From assembly GCA_008632985.1 (NCBI GenBank), contig QPGO01000097.1, positions 62,001 to 126,000 of the forward strand: DNA of 64,000 bases, read 5' to 3'. The notes under the pieces are model-generated. The model searched no databases. It worked only from the letters and a program-made list of their open reading frames with translations, and was not told where the DNA came from. Each line of letters opens with the position of its first letter. Positions within the stretch are counted from its first letter, which is position 1. The stretch comes from Psammoneis japonica (taxonomy: Eukaryota). The position numbers and the translations under genes were made by a program. Shown in pieces: positions 25,358 through 39,204 of this stretch.

Positions 25358-25441
25358 GTCAGTCGGTCAGTCGGGCAGTCGGTTGGTCAGTTGGTCAGTT
25401 GGTCAGTCGGTCAGTCAGTCGGTCAGTCGGTCAGTTTGTCA
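25358..25441. repeat. Degenerate tetranucleotide microsatellite, 21 units of GTYR
   Basis: 10 GTCA, 6 GTCG, 3 GTTG, 1 GGCA, 1 GTTT and no GTTA. Confidence 0.92.
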
Positions 25442-25676
25442 CAATTTGAAAGTGTGTCCCTCGGATTTTGGAGCGGCATGGGTTGTTTGGTGCAAATAAA
25501 GAATTGTTCGGACTCTTGGAACGAATGGTCATTGAGGACATTGGAGGTCGTGGGGACATCCTAAAAAAACAACAAATTCCCTACGACGGGTGCGTGGAAC
25601 TGTTTTTTGGGAGAGCTCGAAAGTGCTCTAAAATTGGGATTGCCGGCGTGTCATGTTGACAATTGCACTCAGATTT

Positions 25677-27040
25677 AGGCACGTTCCCACCCTGATAATT
25701 TCGGCCGTAAAATAAATGCAATTTGGCCAAATTTACGCATTTTCGGGCGTCAGGCTGGGAATGAATTCGATCGGTGAAAAAGATCAAAATCTCATGTCGA
25801 GCTCGGTGAGGACGCTGCACGCCACCGGCACAGTGCTGCACCACGCCACAGCACTGTTTGCACTGCTGCTCTCTCTGGCAGCAGAGAGCTCTAGCCAGAG
25901 AGCTGCCAGAGCTGCGTGCTTCAGCAGAGAGACACCACAACATTGTCAGGGACAATCATTGTCCATTTTGCGACTGCTCTGTGGCAACCCAAGACTGACA
26001 TGACACCAGCGAAGGTCAGAAGAAATGCGCCAACATTCAATCCTCTGTTGACAGCAAGAGTTGCAGAGAGAGCAGAAAAAAGTGCAAAACATTGGCGCGC
26101 AGTGAGACTGCAGCGTGCAAAACTGTCAAATGAAATTTCTGTGAGGTGCCGAAAGGCGCTGTTCTCAACTCTTGTGGTTTGCCAATGGCCCAAATCCATT
26201 TCAAAGAGCAAGAGAAGGGCTGCAGACAATGGAGCAAGGCACTGTGAGGCACAATGCCGATGATGATGTGCAAAACATTTGCCCCCGCCAGCGTCATTGT
26301 CCCAGCACGCGACAAGATTGACGAAATGAGTTCACACAGCCTTCTTCACAGTCACGTTCCATCACAGCGGAGCACAAGCCTTGCTGTTGTTGTCGACATG
26401 ACCAAAATCCTTGCATTCTTGACTCTTGACAGTCCATCAAGTGACAACCTTGAGCATGCACCAAAGAACCACCTCAACGCAAAACATCAGATCATGTGTT
26501 GCTGTGAAGATTTGGCCTCAAGTCTGCAGACGTGTGGTTTGTGAAGAATCCCAACACGAAATCTGAACAAAAGAAAAAAGACATCAAAATTGCCATCAGT
26601 TGACATGGCAGTCACAAGCCACAACAACAACAAAAAATCAAAATTCTGACAACTTGATCGCATCAAACGCAGTCTTGTTGACCTGTCTCTGTGTTGTCAC
26701 CTTTGTGGACAGGACGGTCGTTCGTGTGTGAACGGGTCCGTTCATGGCAGCAGCATCATGGTTGTTGTGTGATTGGAGCGGAGAAAGAAAAATGGGAGAG
26801 CTTGTGATGTGGCATGTTCGAGCTCCCAAAACACCAAATTTGCCGTGAAAATTGTGTTTGCAGGAGAGAATTTATGATGACCGGCACCTGTCATTGTAAT
26901 TTGCTGACAATTGCGGCTGTAAATTGAAGGATGGAAAACAGACGTGCAATTTTTCTTGTGTGAGAGTTTCTGCAGGAATTTTGTGTGGAACGAAATTACA
27001 CTTGTTTTGCGGCCAAAATTGTTGGGGTGGGAACGTGCCT
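25677..27040. mobile_element. 1.36-kb non-autonomous TIR element (AGG...CCT ends, possibly Kolobok-like)
   Basis: About 48-bp imperfect inverted repeats at 25677-25724 (AGGCACGTTCCCACCC...) and 26993-27040 (...GGGTGGGAACGTGCCT). TSD not cleanly preserved. Confidence 0.65.
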
Positions 27041-27489
27041 CAAACAAAGACAACATGTCATGAACTGCACACAAAACAGCCACATTGGGTGAAACATGTC
27101 AAACAACAAGTGAGTTTGTGCGATGCGCTGTTGTGGCAATAAATTGGAAAAAAAGAGTGTCCCTGTGCACCTCGCTGCAGCCCCCAAAATGGCGCTAGAC
27201 ATCAAATGACGGTCATCCATGTCACCGGTGCGGTGGCCATGCCGCTCTGCTGCCACAATCTGCCGGCTGCGGTGGCAGGGCCCTGCGCACATGCAGGCAA
27301 TGCAGCATGCAACAATGGCACACACCCACACCCACAAAGAAAGACAAGTGGTCAATGCTCCCCGCAGGCCTGGTTCATCGCCAGAAATTTTTCCACAGTG
27401 GTCATCGAGCAAGAAGTTGCAGAGCCAGCCGGGAAATCCAGAGCAAAAATTTTCAAAACCCCCCCCCCCAAAAAAAAAAACCAACAGCG

Positions 27490-27680
27490 AGGAGTTTGCA
27501 GAGCATCAGGAACCCTCGCGAGAAAGGTTGCATCCCCCAGGAAAGCAAGCGCGAGAAGTTTGCACAGCGTCAGGAACCCCACAACAAAGGTTGCAGCCCC
27601 CAGGAACACAAGGGTGAGAAACAGAACGTCAGGAACCCCCATGAGAAAGTTTGCAGCCCCCAGGAACCCCGCAAGAAAGT
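27490..27680. repeat. Imperfect tandem repeat of about 31 bp (6 units), probably subterminal repeats of a DNA transposon
   Basis: CAGGAA core at about 27507, 27538, 27571, 27601, 27630 and 27661, mostly preceded by TTGCA. Confidence 0.8.
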
Positions 27681-30600
27681 GACTTGTTCCAGACTTGGGT
27701 GCACACATGCACAAAAAAATGCCCCTTTTCACATGAAACATGCAGCCCAAACTTACGGTGCAATTTCCAACAGTTAAAATGTGATGATCTTCAGCATGTG
27801 TTGTCATGGGTGCATGCAGAAAGGTCTTGTGCATGCACCCATGCACACGAAACTGTGGATGGACTAAGAGCATCTTTGCCAGTGAGTCACAAACATGAAC
27901 CCATGTCTGTGCGTCTTCCAATGCAAGTGAGATTCACAAAAAATCATCATTTTTGCTGGATTGCAAACACATTTTTTGCACTGACAACCCTTTTCGAATT
28001 TGTGACCCATGAAAGTGAGCTGCAAATCAGGCCTTGGATGCAATCCATCTTCCAAAATCGCAAATGAAAATTGCAAATTTCTGGTGCAAAAAGGGTGCAG
28101 AAATCTTGTGGAAAGTGCGCGTCACTGTGACAAAATGAAAATCGACACTTTCTTGATGAGAGGACCTTGCGCAGAGGCCCAACAATTCACACTTTGTTGC
28201 ATCTTATGAACTCACATGTGACCGCATCAAGACATGGGAGGAGAACGGACTTGTGGGCGGTTTGTGGGGTCAGAAGAGAACAAGGCATAAATTGTGTGAT
28301 GACATTTCACTTGTTTTTGCGATGTAGAATGACTTTCACAACGGCAATGCACAGACACGCAATGTGAGTTGTTCTCTGTTGACAGACGTCAGCATGTCTT
28401 TGAACAGACTGTGATTTGTGTCATGTGTTGCGTTCAAAGCCACCATGGCGTCATGCAACATTCAACAAGAAAGTCCTGCCATCAGCCAGTTGTTGACATT
28501 TGTGCATGGAGTTGCTTGTTGCATCAATGTCTGCCCAACCATCGGCCAAATGTGAGTGCGATTGTGATCGACTGAAATGCCAAATGAGGCAATTGTCCAG
28601 CTGCGCAGGAAGCTCTTCACAAACTGTGCAGGAAATGCACTGGAACTTGTGCAGAATTTGACAAGGACACAACTCCATTTTGATGAGGACAAGTGGAAAG
28701 TGACGGTCCATTTTGGCACAAATTTGATGAGGATGCCTGAGGAGGAATCCTCTTCATTTCCTTCACTAAACTCAAATGATCCTGATTTGGCACATTTGAC
28801 ATCGCACCGCAAGAAACGGCCATGCACGCTGCACTTTGATGTGTCTCGGCATGGCAAACATCGTGGGGCAGGCATGTTTTTCATGTGTGATCTCTTTCTG
28901 TTGCTGTTGCAAAGAGGTTGATGCATTGGCTTGGTTTCCTGGGGGGCTTTGGTTGCGACACACGGTGCAAACGGTTGCGTGCATCGACTCGTGCCTCCAT
29001 CACTGCACAGTGTGGGTGACATCTGACTGGTCGAAAATGCCGCCGAGGTAAGTTCTTTCCACATTTTCTCGTTTTGTGTCGTTTTCCTAGTCACTGAAGA
29101 TCATTGTTGCATTTTGTTGCAGCTTCAAAAGTGGATGGATCGTCTCGTACAGTCGATTGTGGTGTCTGTTGTGTTGGCATGTTTTTCAAGTCGTTGGTGC
29201 TGCCAGAGTGCACCCATTTAGGAGCTTTGTGCTTCACCCCACTCCACATCCTTTGGCTCACCTGTTGTGCACGTTAAGGTGGTCTTGTGACATGTTTGAT
29301 TTGCTTGGAGGGGTCTTGTTTGGCTTGCAATCACTTCATGTCATTTTTTGGCCATCACAATTTCTGAAAAGTGCACGCCGGAGGAACAAAATGACGCGAT
29401 GGAGCCTTGGGGATGCTCGCGACATTGGCATTTGTCAGACAGATTTAGCATGCTCCAAAGAAGATAATCCTGTGAGCATGTTGTGATTGATTGAGTTTTA
29501 GAGTCGTTTTTGCAAAAGTCGTGTGCCTCACGAGCCTTTTTTTGTTTGTCTCGTTCACGCGTGCAGGCATCCGATCTATGATGAGCCTTTTTCCCCACTC
29601 TACAATTGATTCTCTTCATTGTCTGAGACACAATGTCGCCCATGTCACTTTGGGAGATCTTGGCAGTGGGCCGACTGGTCCAGGCTTTGCACCGGGTAAA
29701 ATGGAGAGGCTTGCACTGACGGGCTCCTCGCCTCCTCTTGGATGCTCGGATGCCACAAACCGCTGGTGAGGCGGCCACAAAATTCGACAAAGCAACTCAG
29801 AATTGCCTCTGGAAGCTTGTGCAGTGAGTGCACTGTGATGTGTTCCTCATTGGCTTGTTGTTGTGCACTTTGTTCGCTCACATTTTCATTTTGCTTGTCA
29901 GGTTGCAGCATGGTCACCTGTGACTGTGAGAGCTTGCAGTGGGCTTTCTAGGCTGATGTTCCACATGACGTGAGTCTTTTGATTTCATTTGTTGATTTGG
30001 GGAAATCTGTTTCTGAAACTTTCAGTCCAGAGAGGAAATGGACAGAACAATGTGGAACCGGTTGAAGAAAGTGATGAAGTTTTGGCCGCCGTGTGGTTGA
30101 ATCATCTCAACGGTGGGATCAGTGGTGGGTGTGCATTTTCCTTGAACAATGAAGCAGCAGATGAGGCATTTAGATGGCTCATGGCATGTTGCTGTTCTCT
30201 GGAGCATTTGTCAGAGCTGTGGCTGTGTGGGAAGCGCCAATCGTCTGGGCGTTGTGCAGCACCTGAACACACCTCTCTCTCTCTCTTCCTCCTCCTTTTC
30301 CTCTTCTTTTTTTCATAAACTTGGAGCCACCCACGTGACCGGACATGTGCCGAAAATGATGGTTGTGTGCAGAATTGCAAACTCACATGGGGCAGTCTGT
30401 TCGCTTGTCCTTTTGGGTCGTGTTCCTGTGTTTGTGTTTGTGTTCATGACTCACTGGCGAAGATGCTCTAAGTTGTTGATTGCTGGGGGATTCCCATCTG
30501 TGAAGTGACAATTTGGTGTGAAGTGATCATGTGGAATTGCACGCATTTTTTCCAGTGCTGAAATTCTGATCAGAACGCCACCAACTTGTGTTGTGATTTG

Positions 30601-30989
30601 TTGATGGATGCAATCATTTGCGCGCAAATCGCCACAGCAAAGTTTGCCATCGAGTTCCAGATGAGAGAAAAATCTTTCCCTCCAGTCTCATCTCTCATCT
30701 CTCCTCCACTCAACTTCTTGCCGAGAAAAAAAAAAAACGCAAAAACTGTCATCCCGACTTGACCATGGCGCTCTAGTTCCGAACCTGTTGTCCACACTGT
30801 TGAGCTGTTGATGCACCATTTGATTTGCAAGAGTCGACATGACAAGAGACCATGCGCAGCATGTGTGCAATGCATTGTTGCACCATTTTTTTCTGTCATT
30901 GTTGATGTACATCCTGGCAGTGATTTTGCATGAGGTTTGAATTTTACAATGATTGGTGTGCAACAATCAGCTCGACGTGAATTTCAAAA

Positions 30990-33900
30990 ATGCCCACAAC
31001 ACAAAGTAGACTCGTCTTGCAACAGCAATCTGTGTTTGCCACCATGCACATTCATCCTCAGTGCATTGACACTGTCACTGCTCCTTCACCGGCGGATGCA
31101 TTCAAACCTTTGGAAAAAGCCAAGGTGAAAGGTAGAGCAAAGGGAACAAAATGCCCACATGTGGGCAAGTCTTTGAAGTTTAACACTCTTGTGGACTTCC
31201 ATGCAAATGGCAATGGAGTTTCTTTAAGCTGTCACTGCCAGAATGTCCACCCTGAGCACAGCAGCCATTGCAACACCCTGAATCGGGCATGGGGAGAAAG
31301 TGGACTTTGTCGTCTTCATCAAGAAAATGCTTCAGTCAAGAAAGCACAAGAAGCCATTTGCAACTTTTTTGGAGAAAAAGACAAGAAGGCAAAGGAGGCA
31401 ATCACTGCCTTGCACAAGGGGAACAGAATTCTTGCTGACGACGAAGAGCAGCATGTTGTTGAAGTTTGCTGCTGGTTGGGTCAGATGGGATGCGGAGCAT
31501 CAAAGGACACCATTCTTGAGATTGTGAATGACTTGGCCAATGAGTGCATTGACGAGCATGAAATGCCATCTGTGTCTGATTGTTTTGTGTGCTCCATGCT
31601 CCAATGCCATCCAAAGCTGGCAAAACTGGCTTCAGCTTCAAGTTTGGACCCAACCTGTGCTGAGCAGGGGACGAAAGAGGTTCGGGGTGCACATTTTGCA
31701 AAGTTGCAGTCTTTTGTGAAGCATCTCCATGCTGCAGGTAAAATTGATGTTGACTGCATTGAGAAGCTTGAGGCTTTTAGAAAGTGCAACATGGATGAAG
31801 TTGCAATGGATGCTGTGAAACGCCGCAAGAAAGTGCTGGTCTTCAAGGAGGTGATGAAGAAGTTGCACATTTTTCAGAGGACTCCCGAGGGCGATGGCAA
31901 GATGAGCCATCATCTTGCCATGTGTGTCACTTCTAGAGCAGATGGCAAGCAAAGGGGCACTGCTTTGTTTCTTGTCACTGCCTTGCTCTGGACAATTGTT
32001 GAGTGTGCTTGCCTTGTGCCTGTCTGCCTCCACAGGCGTCAACACAATTCCATGCCAAGAAATTGAAGGTGCCCCACCGCCGTTCCTTGTGCATGCCTCC
32101 AAATCCAAGAAGAAGACCAATGACTCCAACCACATTTGTGCTCCAGAAGATGAGACTGCTGTTGGTGAAGTGCATCTTGATGGCCTTGCCCCAGCAAATC
32201 CCAACCCCAACGCCAAGTTCAGCAACAACCCGCACGGCTTTGATGTCCGGACAACCACAAACGGAAGTGTGGAAAAAGACACAATGCTCAACTTTGCCAT
32301 TCATCACTGCAAGAACCTTCCCAAGGGTCAAGGAAAAACAAGTTGCATGACAGACGAGGAACGAATGATGAACGCCACGACACTGCTGCTTGACGGACAC
32401 GCCTCGCGTTGGAGCTGCACCGCTCTCAAGCATTTCTGGGATCACAACATCTGTTGTTTTTTCCACCATCTCACACATCCATCTGGATGCAACCAAACGA
32501 TTGAGGTGTCAACAAATGCCTGCATGCCAAGATCAAGGAAGAAGCAAAGAGGGTTGGGTGCCAGAGCGGTCTTGCAAAAGGAGTGCAGTTGACAAACCGA
32601 GTTTTTCTCACTGCTTGGAAGGCTTGCCTCGAAGCTGAGAAGGCCGAGCTCTTGTCCAAAGGAAGCAATGTCTGCACAAGCACCTGGAAGGAAACCAGAC
32701 TCGAGCCAGTTGACCCCGATTGTGTGGCATGGATGGAAGTGCTGGAGACAATGGGGACCGCACACAACCTCGCCCTAGAATCGCAAAGAGAAAAGGAGGA
32801 ACAAGCACAAGAGCAACAAAAACAAGAGTGGGAAATTGAGCCTCTCCCACCTGACAACCGAAATGCCATTGTTGAGAGATTGAGAAATGTTCTCCGTGAG
32901 GGGTGTGACGATGATGACGACCTGCTGCTTCACGACTTGGATGTCGCGATGCCAGTGGCAAAATCAATGTTGGCAAAATGGAGAGAGGACACAGAGTGTA
33001 AGAGTGAGAAACCAGAGCCAACAAGCAAACAAGAAGAACTGGCTGTGCAGCTTGTGCAACATCACTTGCCTGATGCGGTGTCACTGCCTCGTGCGGCGGA
33101 AAAGACCAAAGAGGAGCGCGCGCAAGATTGGGCTGCAACGGTGCCACATTCGGTGCAACCTTTCATTGACGCCATTGAAGTGCAATTTTTTGATCCCACT
33201 GGTGCAACCTTTGATGAAGTTGTTGCACTCCAAAGCAATCCAAATTGGAAGCTGGCACTGGAAGATGGGGCTGAGCGTGTCGTGACCAAGAGCAATTTGT
33301 TGGATGCTTCTAAGTGCTGCGTTGACCCCAAAAAATTTCTGAAAGATCCTGCTGCAACCAGAAGAGAGCATCTGCACAAAAGGCAACAGAGACAGAGAGA
33401 GCAGACGGTGTCAATCAAAGCTGCAAAACGAAAGGCTTCTGAACAATGCGACGAAATGTTCAAAGTCTGGTGTCAACAACAGCAAGGGAAAACAATTGAT
33501 GAGAGCTTTTCTTTTCAGGATTTTTTGCAATTGAAAGAGATGATTGAGAAACCACATGCAGCCATGATTGATGGCTTTGAAGCAGAGGTGAACAGCAGTG
33601 GTGCAAACGCCATCAGTGTCGCAATGCGTGCAATGACATTGAACGTGCTTGCCGGTTTCAAGCGAAAGGATGCAGTTGCCAGTGCAGCGGGTGCTTCCGA
33701 ACAACTGCCCAAGAAGAAGAGACATGGAGCCGTTGTCAAGACAGCACAAGGTGAGAATGCAATTGTTGCCATGATGCGCCGCACCAAGACAAGGATGGCC
33801 AAGGTGGGCGAGGCAGAGCAAATGAAACTGAAGGCTGACATCGCCAAGCAATCGAAAGCACTTGACAAGTTTGATGCACTTTGCTCCAGCACGCCTCAGT

Positions 33901-34199
33901 GCGGTGAGCACAAGACGTTGAAGGGAGATGAGCTGAAGATCTTGATTTGGCTGGTTTGTCCAAATGCCTGTTTGTTGGGGAAGAGCATTGAAGCAAAGAA
34001 GAAGGAGCTTAAAGAGCGGAATGTCACAAAAGAACATCTCAACTCTGTTTGCATTCAGAAAAGGTGCGATCTCAATGACCTCAAATCAAAGCTTCAAGAC
34101 TCTTTGGGTGACAGTGATTCTGACGATGAAGACCAAGAAGAATTGGCTCAAATGTGTGATTGTCTGCATCATCTGGACACTTTGTGTGAATTTTCATGA
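30990..34199 (+). pseudogene. pogo/Fot1-like (DDE_1) transposase with a long C-terminal extension, inactivated
   Basis: Catalytic blocks CNMDE (ancestral YNMDE), LLLDGHASRW and SHTSIWMQPND. An intron at 31945-32035 with mutated donor GCAAGC joins the 30990 and 31915 frames. Frameshifts near 32460 and 32580. Confidence 0.85.
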
Positions 34200-35829
34200 A
34201 TGGTTGTGATGAGAACCAAATTTCATTGACTTTTTGTGAGGAGAAATGTGTCAAGTGATTTTTGATGAATGACCTTGCAACGAAAGAATGTTGCACTTGT
34301 GGCAGAGATGTCCATTTGGCAACAGCCATTTTCTTAATGCAACGGTTGATTGTGCGGTGCCAGCTGTCTGCTCAACCCACTTGTGCCAAGCCACATGCAA
34401 AAATGGTGCAGCGGAAATCCAGTGGATGACAATTCTGTAGAAAGCTGCGATGCCTGGTGTGACAAAAGGAGAATTGGGTCGAGTGATCATCAATCTGTTT
34501 TGTGCCAGAGCCTGCGTGATTCTACGCCTGACATCACAATCACTTCAGAGATGGGAATCCCCTAAATTGCACCGTAAGATGAGAGATCTTTTTTCCAATG
34601 AGCGATTTGTGGCTGCATTCATGTGTTAAAATGAACAACATCAACTGTCATTCTTTTACAACACTGTGCTCTCGCACACGACATGTCAAATGTTTGTACA
34701 TTTTTTGAGTGCAGCTTGCTCTCAATGGATCAAAAATAAAACATGCGTTGATTGACAAGTTTCGGAAGACGTGAGAAGAAGTGAAGCTTGCATGGTGACG
34801 CAATGGCATTGACTTTGGACCCTTTTTCACTGTTCCATTGGCACAAATGACTGACACACTTGCATGAGTTGATGCCATGGAGGAATTGCACATGGAAACA
34901 GAAAAGAAGTGCACCTCAGATGCAAATTGTGAGTGAATTGAGGCTTGGTTGTTGGTGCTGACAGATCAAGTTTTCTCATGCCACGCCACAGCCTGCAACA
35001 AGCATTTTCATTGTTGTGACAGATGCCACAGACTGTGTTGAATGCTGCGGTCCTCATCATGACATTCAATTTTCCATGAGGCTGAAAAAAGTGGGCCATC
35101 ATGGTCACTGAAAGCCATGGCCGTTTTGGCTTTTTGTTGGCTCGAATTTACTTTGTTCATTGCAGTGAAATGTCCTTGATGTTGAACAAAGCATGGGGCA
35201 TCATTTTTTGTGCAAAAACGGGCATGAGCGCGCCACCTGAGTCTGTCTGGAACATGTCAAGTTTGGAATCCCTTGAATTGCACTGCATGCATGGCTCAAT
35301 GTTGAGCACAAGATTCAACAGATGTGATGTCATCATGTTCATCGGTTGCATTGTGAAAGCCGTACAAACAAATGCACACAGATGATCTGTGGGTGTCATG
35401 TAAAAACAAGAATGACCCTCGCCGAAATTTCGACGTGTAAAACGACATGGCCATGGTGATAAAAGCCGCTCGCATTGCTCCCACAGTTTGGAATGCTGCA
35501 AAAACAAGGCATGAATCAATGCGTCTTGTCAGTTAGATGTTGCATTTGCACAATGCACACGATCGGTGGCAATCTTGGTGCTCAAATCGAAGGTGCACTC
35601 TTGATGCCAAAAATGACGCTCTCTGTGGAAACCCGTGCAAATTCCACACAAAAATGAAATCCCCAATCATCGGCACTTGTGCAAACGGAGACCGGCAATG
35701 CCACACAAACAACCTCAGCAATCAACCAACACATCACGAGGTGTGTTGGACAATGAATGAGACGAACCCATCAATGAAAGTGCCGCAACACACAAACAGC
35801 AATGACAGTGAGTGGGTCATTGTTGCACA

Positions 35830-35926
35830 CATGTTTTCATTGCTCAGCAATTTTGCTGCGGAGCTTGCATGCAGAATTCTGCAGGCCCAATGTCGCGCGG
35901 AGTCCCACCCAGGACTGGAACCTGTC
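35830..35926 (-). mobile_element. Terminus of a larger element from the same family as the 22746-23141 MITE
   Basis: Reverse complement GACAGGTTCCAGTCCTGGGTGGGACTCC...CAGAATTCTGCATGCAAGCTCC...TGAGCAATGAAAA matches 22746-22840. It truncates the Gypsy-2 gag. Confidence 0.85.
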
Positions 35927-38344
35927 TGATTTTGAAAACGCAAAATTGAGTCAATCGCGTGTCGATGGCGGCACTCGCACTGAGAAGTGTCCGCACTGAG
36001 AAGTGTCCGCATTTTGACGGCACTCATGGCATTGAAGCATTGTCATTTGTCAAGGATTGTTTTTGTAAAATTGCTGTGAAATTCAAGCTTGCTGCTGGAG
36101 AGGAGCTGTTTGAAAATTTTGAGGAAGTGTTGACTGACATTGCAGAGGACAAGTGGGCAAACTTGACTGGTGCCATTGCTGATGCGCTGACAAAACTGTT
36201 GTGCATTTTGATCAAGAGATGAGTCATTTTTATTTGTCTTGTTGTGATGCTGTGCTTGAACACTTGCCAACCTTGAAAAAGCCACTCAAATTGGAAGTGC
36301 AGGCATGTGCTGATTGCACGGAAACTTTGATTTGTTGCTCCAACAAGCCACCTGGAAATGCTCCCCAAGTCAATGATGCTCAGAAGAAAAAGATGACATT
36401 CAACAGCTTTCCTTGTCTGTGGCATGAAATGTGTGCTCGTGCAAGACTTTCAACAGCCAACAATGGCCTCGCAGAGATTGTCAGCCACGTGAACAACAAG
36501 AAATCCTTTGTGGATGAGAACAACAGCAAGAAGCAAGACAAGAAGAGGAAGAGTGATGCTCCCCTTCATCCCAAGCCTCAAGACCTTCTTGCGGCAATGA
36601 GACAGTCAAGTGGACCTGGAGTTCAGATGCCCAGCACACACCAATCATGATCAGAAGTGGAGGGATTGCACTCTGAACCCAGAGAGCCAAAACAATCAAC
36701 CAAGGTCAGACCGTGTGGTGGTCATGGCGGAGGTCATGGTGGAGGCCAAGGGAATTGTCAAGGAAGAGGTTCACAAGGCCAAGGAGGTTGTGGCAACTTC
36801 CAAGGTTGAGGACGTGGCAGCTGTGGCAACCAAGGCAATTGTCGTGGCCAAGGTTGTGGCAACCATCAAGGTCTCCCCAGAATTCTCAAGGTGGTGGATC
36901 TTGTCATCAAAATCAAAATGGCACTGAAGCCAACGATGACACCCAAGGCCATGGAAATCTGGCTGGAGCAGCTCCTCCTGGTGGCCAGCAAATGGAGTTG
37001 CACCATTTTGATCAAGGAGGGCCTCGTGAGATGCAAGGTGGAAATGGATGCAACCAAGGCAGTCATTTTCATCAAGGCCAATGCAGTTGGCATAAATGAC
37101 AAGGGACAGAAGTGCCCAAGTCAGAGTGTGTTGCTCAATCTTTTTGTGTTTTGTGTGATTGTGGCGAATGTTCATGTTTTAATGTTGAAGAAAGTTTGGG
37201 ACACCTGATGGAACCTCAATGCCACAAATGAAGAAAAAATGGGTGGTGCCTTGGAGTGTGCTGTGCCAACCCCAAAAACTGCGACTCCTGAGCCATTGAA
37301 TGTGGTGCCTTCAACATTGATGGTGGCACACACAATTCAAAACCAAGAAAGTGAGCAAGCATTGCGTGCATTGTTGGACTCAGGAAGTGCTGGCACACTT
37401 GTGTGTTCTCGAGTTTTGCCCAAGGGAGCCCACCCAACTGTGAATGATGGGGGACAACTGAGTTTTCAGATGGCAGCAGGATGTTGCAAATCCTCCCAAC
37501 ATGTCATTGTGAAGGAGACCCAGTGCTGCCCAAGTTCTACAAGTCAAAACAAGTTGACGGCATTGCCGCTCAAGTTTTTGATTCTCCATGCAAATGTGGC
37601 ATGATTTCAGGCCAAGACTTTCTTCCCAAGGCCAGCATGGCACTTGACTTTTGATTCGGAATCATGAAGTGGTTGGACATTTTGACTCCAATGAAGCAAT
37701 CCAATCATTGGAGCCAGGTTCAGAATTGGTTGGATGTGCTGGACAACCATGAGGAGGACAAAGATGATGAAGATCTTCAGGGTCAAGCCTTCATGTTGGA
37801 CATCAAGTGTGAGAAGGCATTGACCAAGAAAGTGGTGCAATCGCAAACTCATTTGACCCAAGACCAATGCAATGAGCTTCAGACCACACTTGAAAAGCAC
37901 AAGACCCTGTTTGATGGGATGCTTGGCAAGCATCCGCATGAAACCGTTCATTTGAAAGTTGATCCCAGTGCCACTCCCTTTCACTCCAAGGCCCGTGAAG
38001 TGTCCAAGAATGGCGAAGCTGTTTTTGTGAAGGAGCTGCAACAACTTTGTGATGTTGGCCCATTGGAGCCAGTGGGGCCAATGGAATGGGTGGCCAGAAC
38101 TTTTGCAACACCCAAAGAGGATGGATGAGTTAGATGGGTGTCACTCCACTTGCAAAGTTGACAGGCAAGAGCAAGACAGAGTGGACCCCCCAGAGTGTCA
38201 GAAAGCTTTTGAAGATGTGAAAACATCAATGCTGGATGACACCCTTTGGGTCGCAACAAACCCTTCCATGTTTGCACTGATTCCTCCAAATGCCAGATGG
38301 GTGCAGTGATTGTGCAAGAAGGAAAGCCGGCAGCATGCTGGTCT

Positions 38345-38673
38345 GGGCAACAGGAGTCTTTCAAAAATGACCCGTGACGCAAAATGCACAAATTGCTTGT
38401 GGACGTCTGTGGAATCCACACGCTTTTGTGCCAAAACTGTTGTCTTCTCAAAACTTTTGCAAAAAAGGACATCACTGCCAACTGATCAGGTGCATTTCTG
38501 CAAATGTGTTGTTTTAAAATGTGCCTGATCAGTTTGCAGTGAAGTCCATTTTTCGCAAAATTAAAACTCACTGTGGGCAGACAGACAGACAATTTGATGT
38601 TTTTCGCTGGCACTGGTCTGTACAATTTCTGCGTGTTTGTGAAACAATGACTCTGCAGCACAAAAAATTGCCA
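38345..38673. mobile_element. Foldback MITE of about 330 bp inserted in the Gypsy-2 RNase H
   Basis: Splits GKPAACWS from KLSSVQ. GGCAA...TTGCC ends and a central arm pair AAAAAGGACATCACTGCCAACTGATCAGGTGCATTT / AAATGTGCCTGATCAGTTTGCAGTGAAGTCCATTTTT. Confidence 0.75.
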
Positions 38674-39204
38674 TTGAAACTCAGTTCAGTGCAGCAAATT
38701 GTTCTGCCATTGAGAAGAAAGAGCTTCTCGCGGTGGCAATGTGTTTCAAGAAATTCCGCACCATGCTGCTTGGAGCTGATTGCACTGTTTTCACTGACCA
38801 CAAAAATCCCACCTTTTGCATGCTCAACTCTCAATGAGTGCTCAGGTGGCGACTCTTTCTGGAAGACTTTGCTCCAACCTTCAAGTGTGTTGACAGCAAG
38901 GATGACCCATTGGCGAATTGTTTCTCATGATTGCCCCACGTGGAACCTCCAACAAAGGGAAGTGTGCTCCCAACAAGGGCAAGTTGATTGACTTCAAGGC
39001 AATTGACACTGCCATGTTGCCTCACAAAGAAGAGGAGCTTGACAACCTGGATCACGTGTCTCATTTTTCCTGTCATCGTGAAGAGCCATCTCACTTCTGC
39101 TCATCATTTGTGGATGATCCTGAATTGTGTGAATCGCTTTTAAGCTGTCCCTTGCTGCATGACATGCAAAACCCTGCAACCATGCAACGGATTCAAGAGT
39201 GCCA

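Noticed and set aside
27490..27680. CRISPR-like array
   Set aside because: The units are degenerate tandem repeats without unique spacers, there are no cas genes, and the context is eukaryotic.
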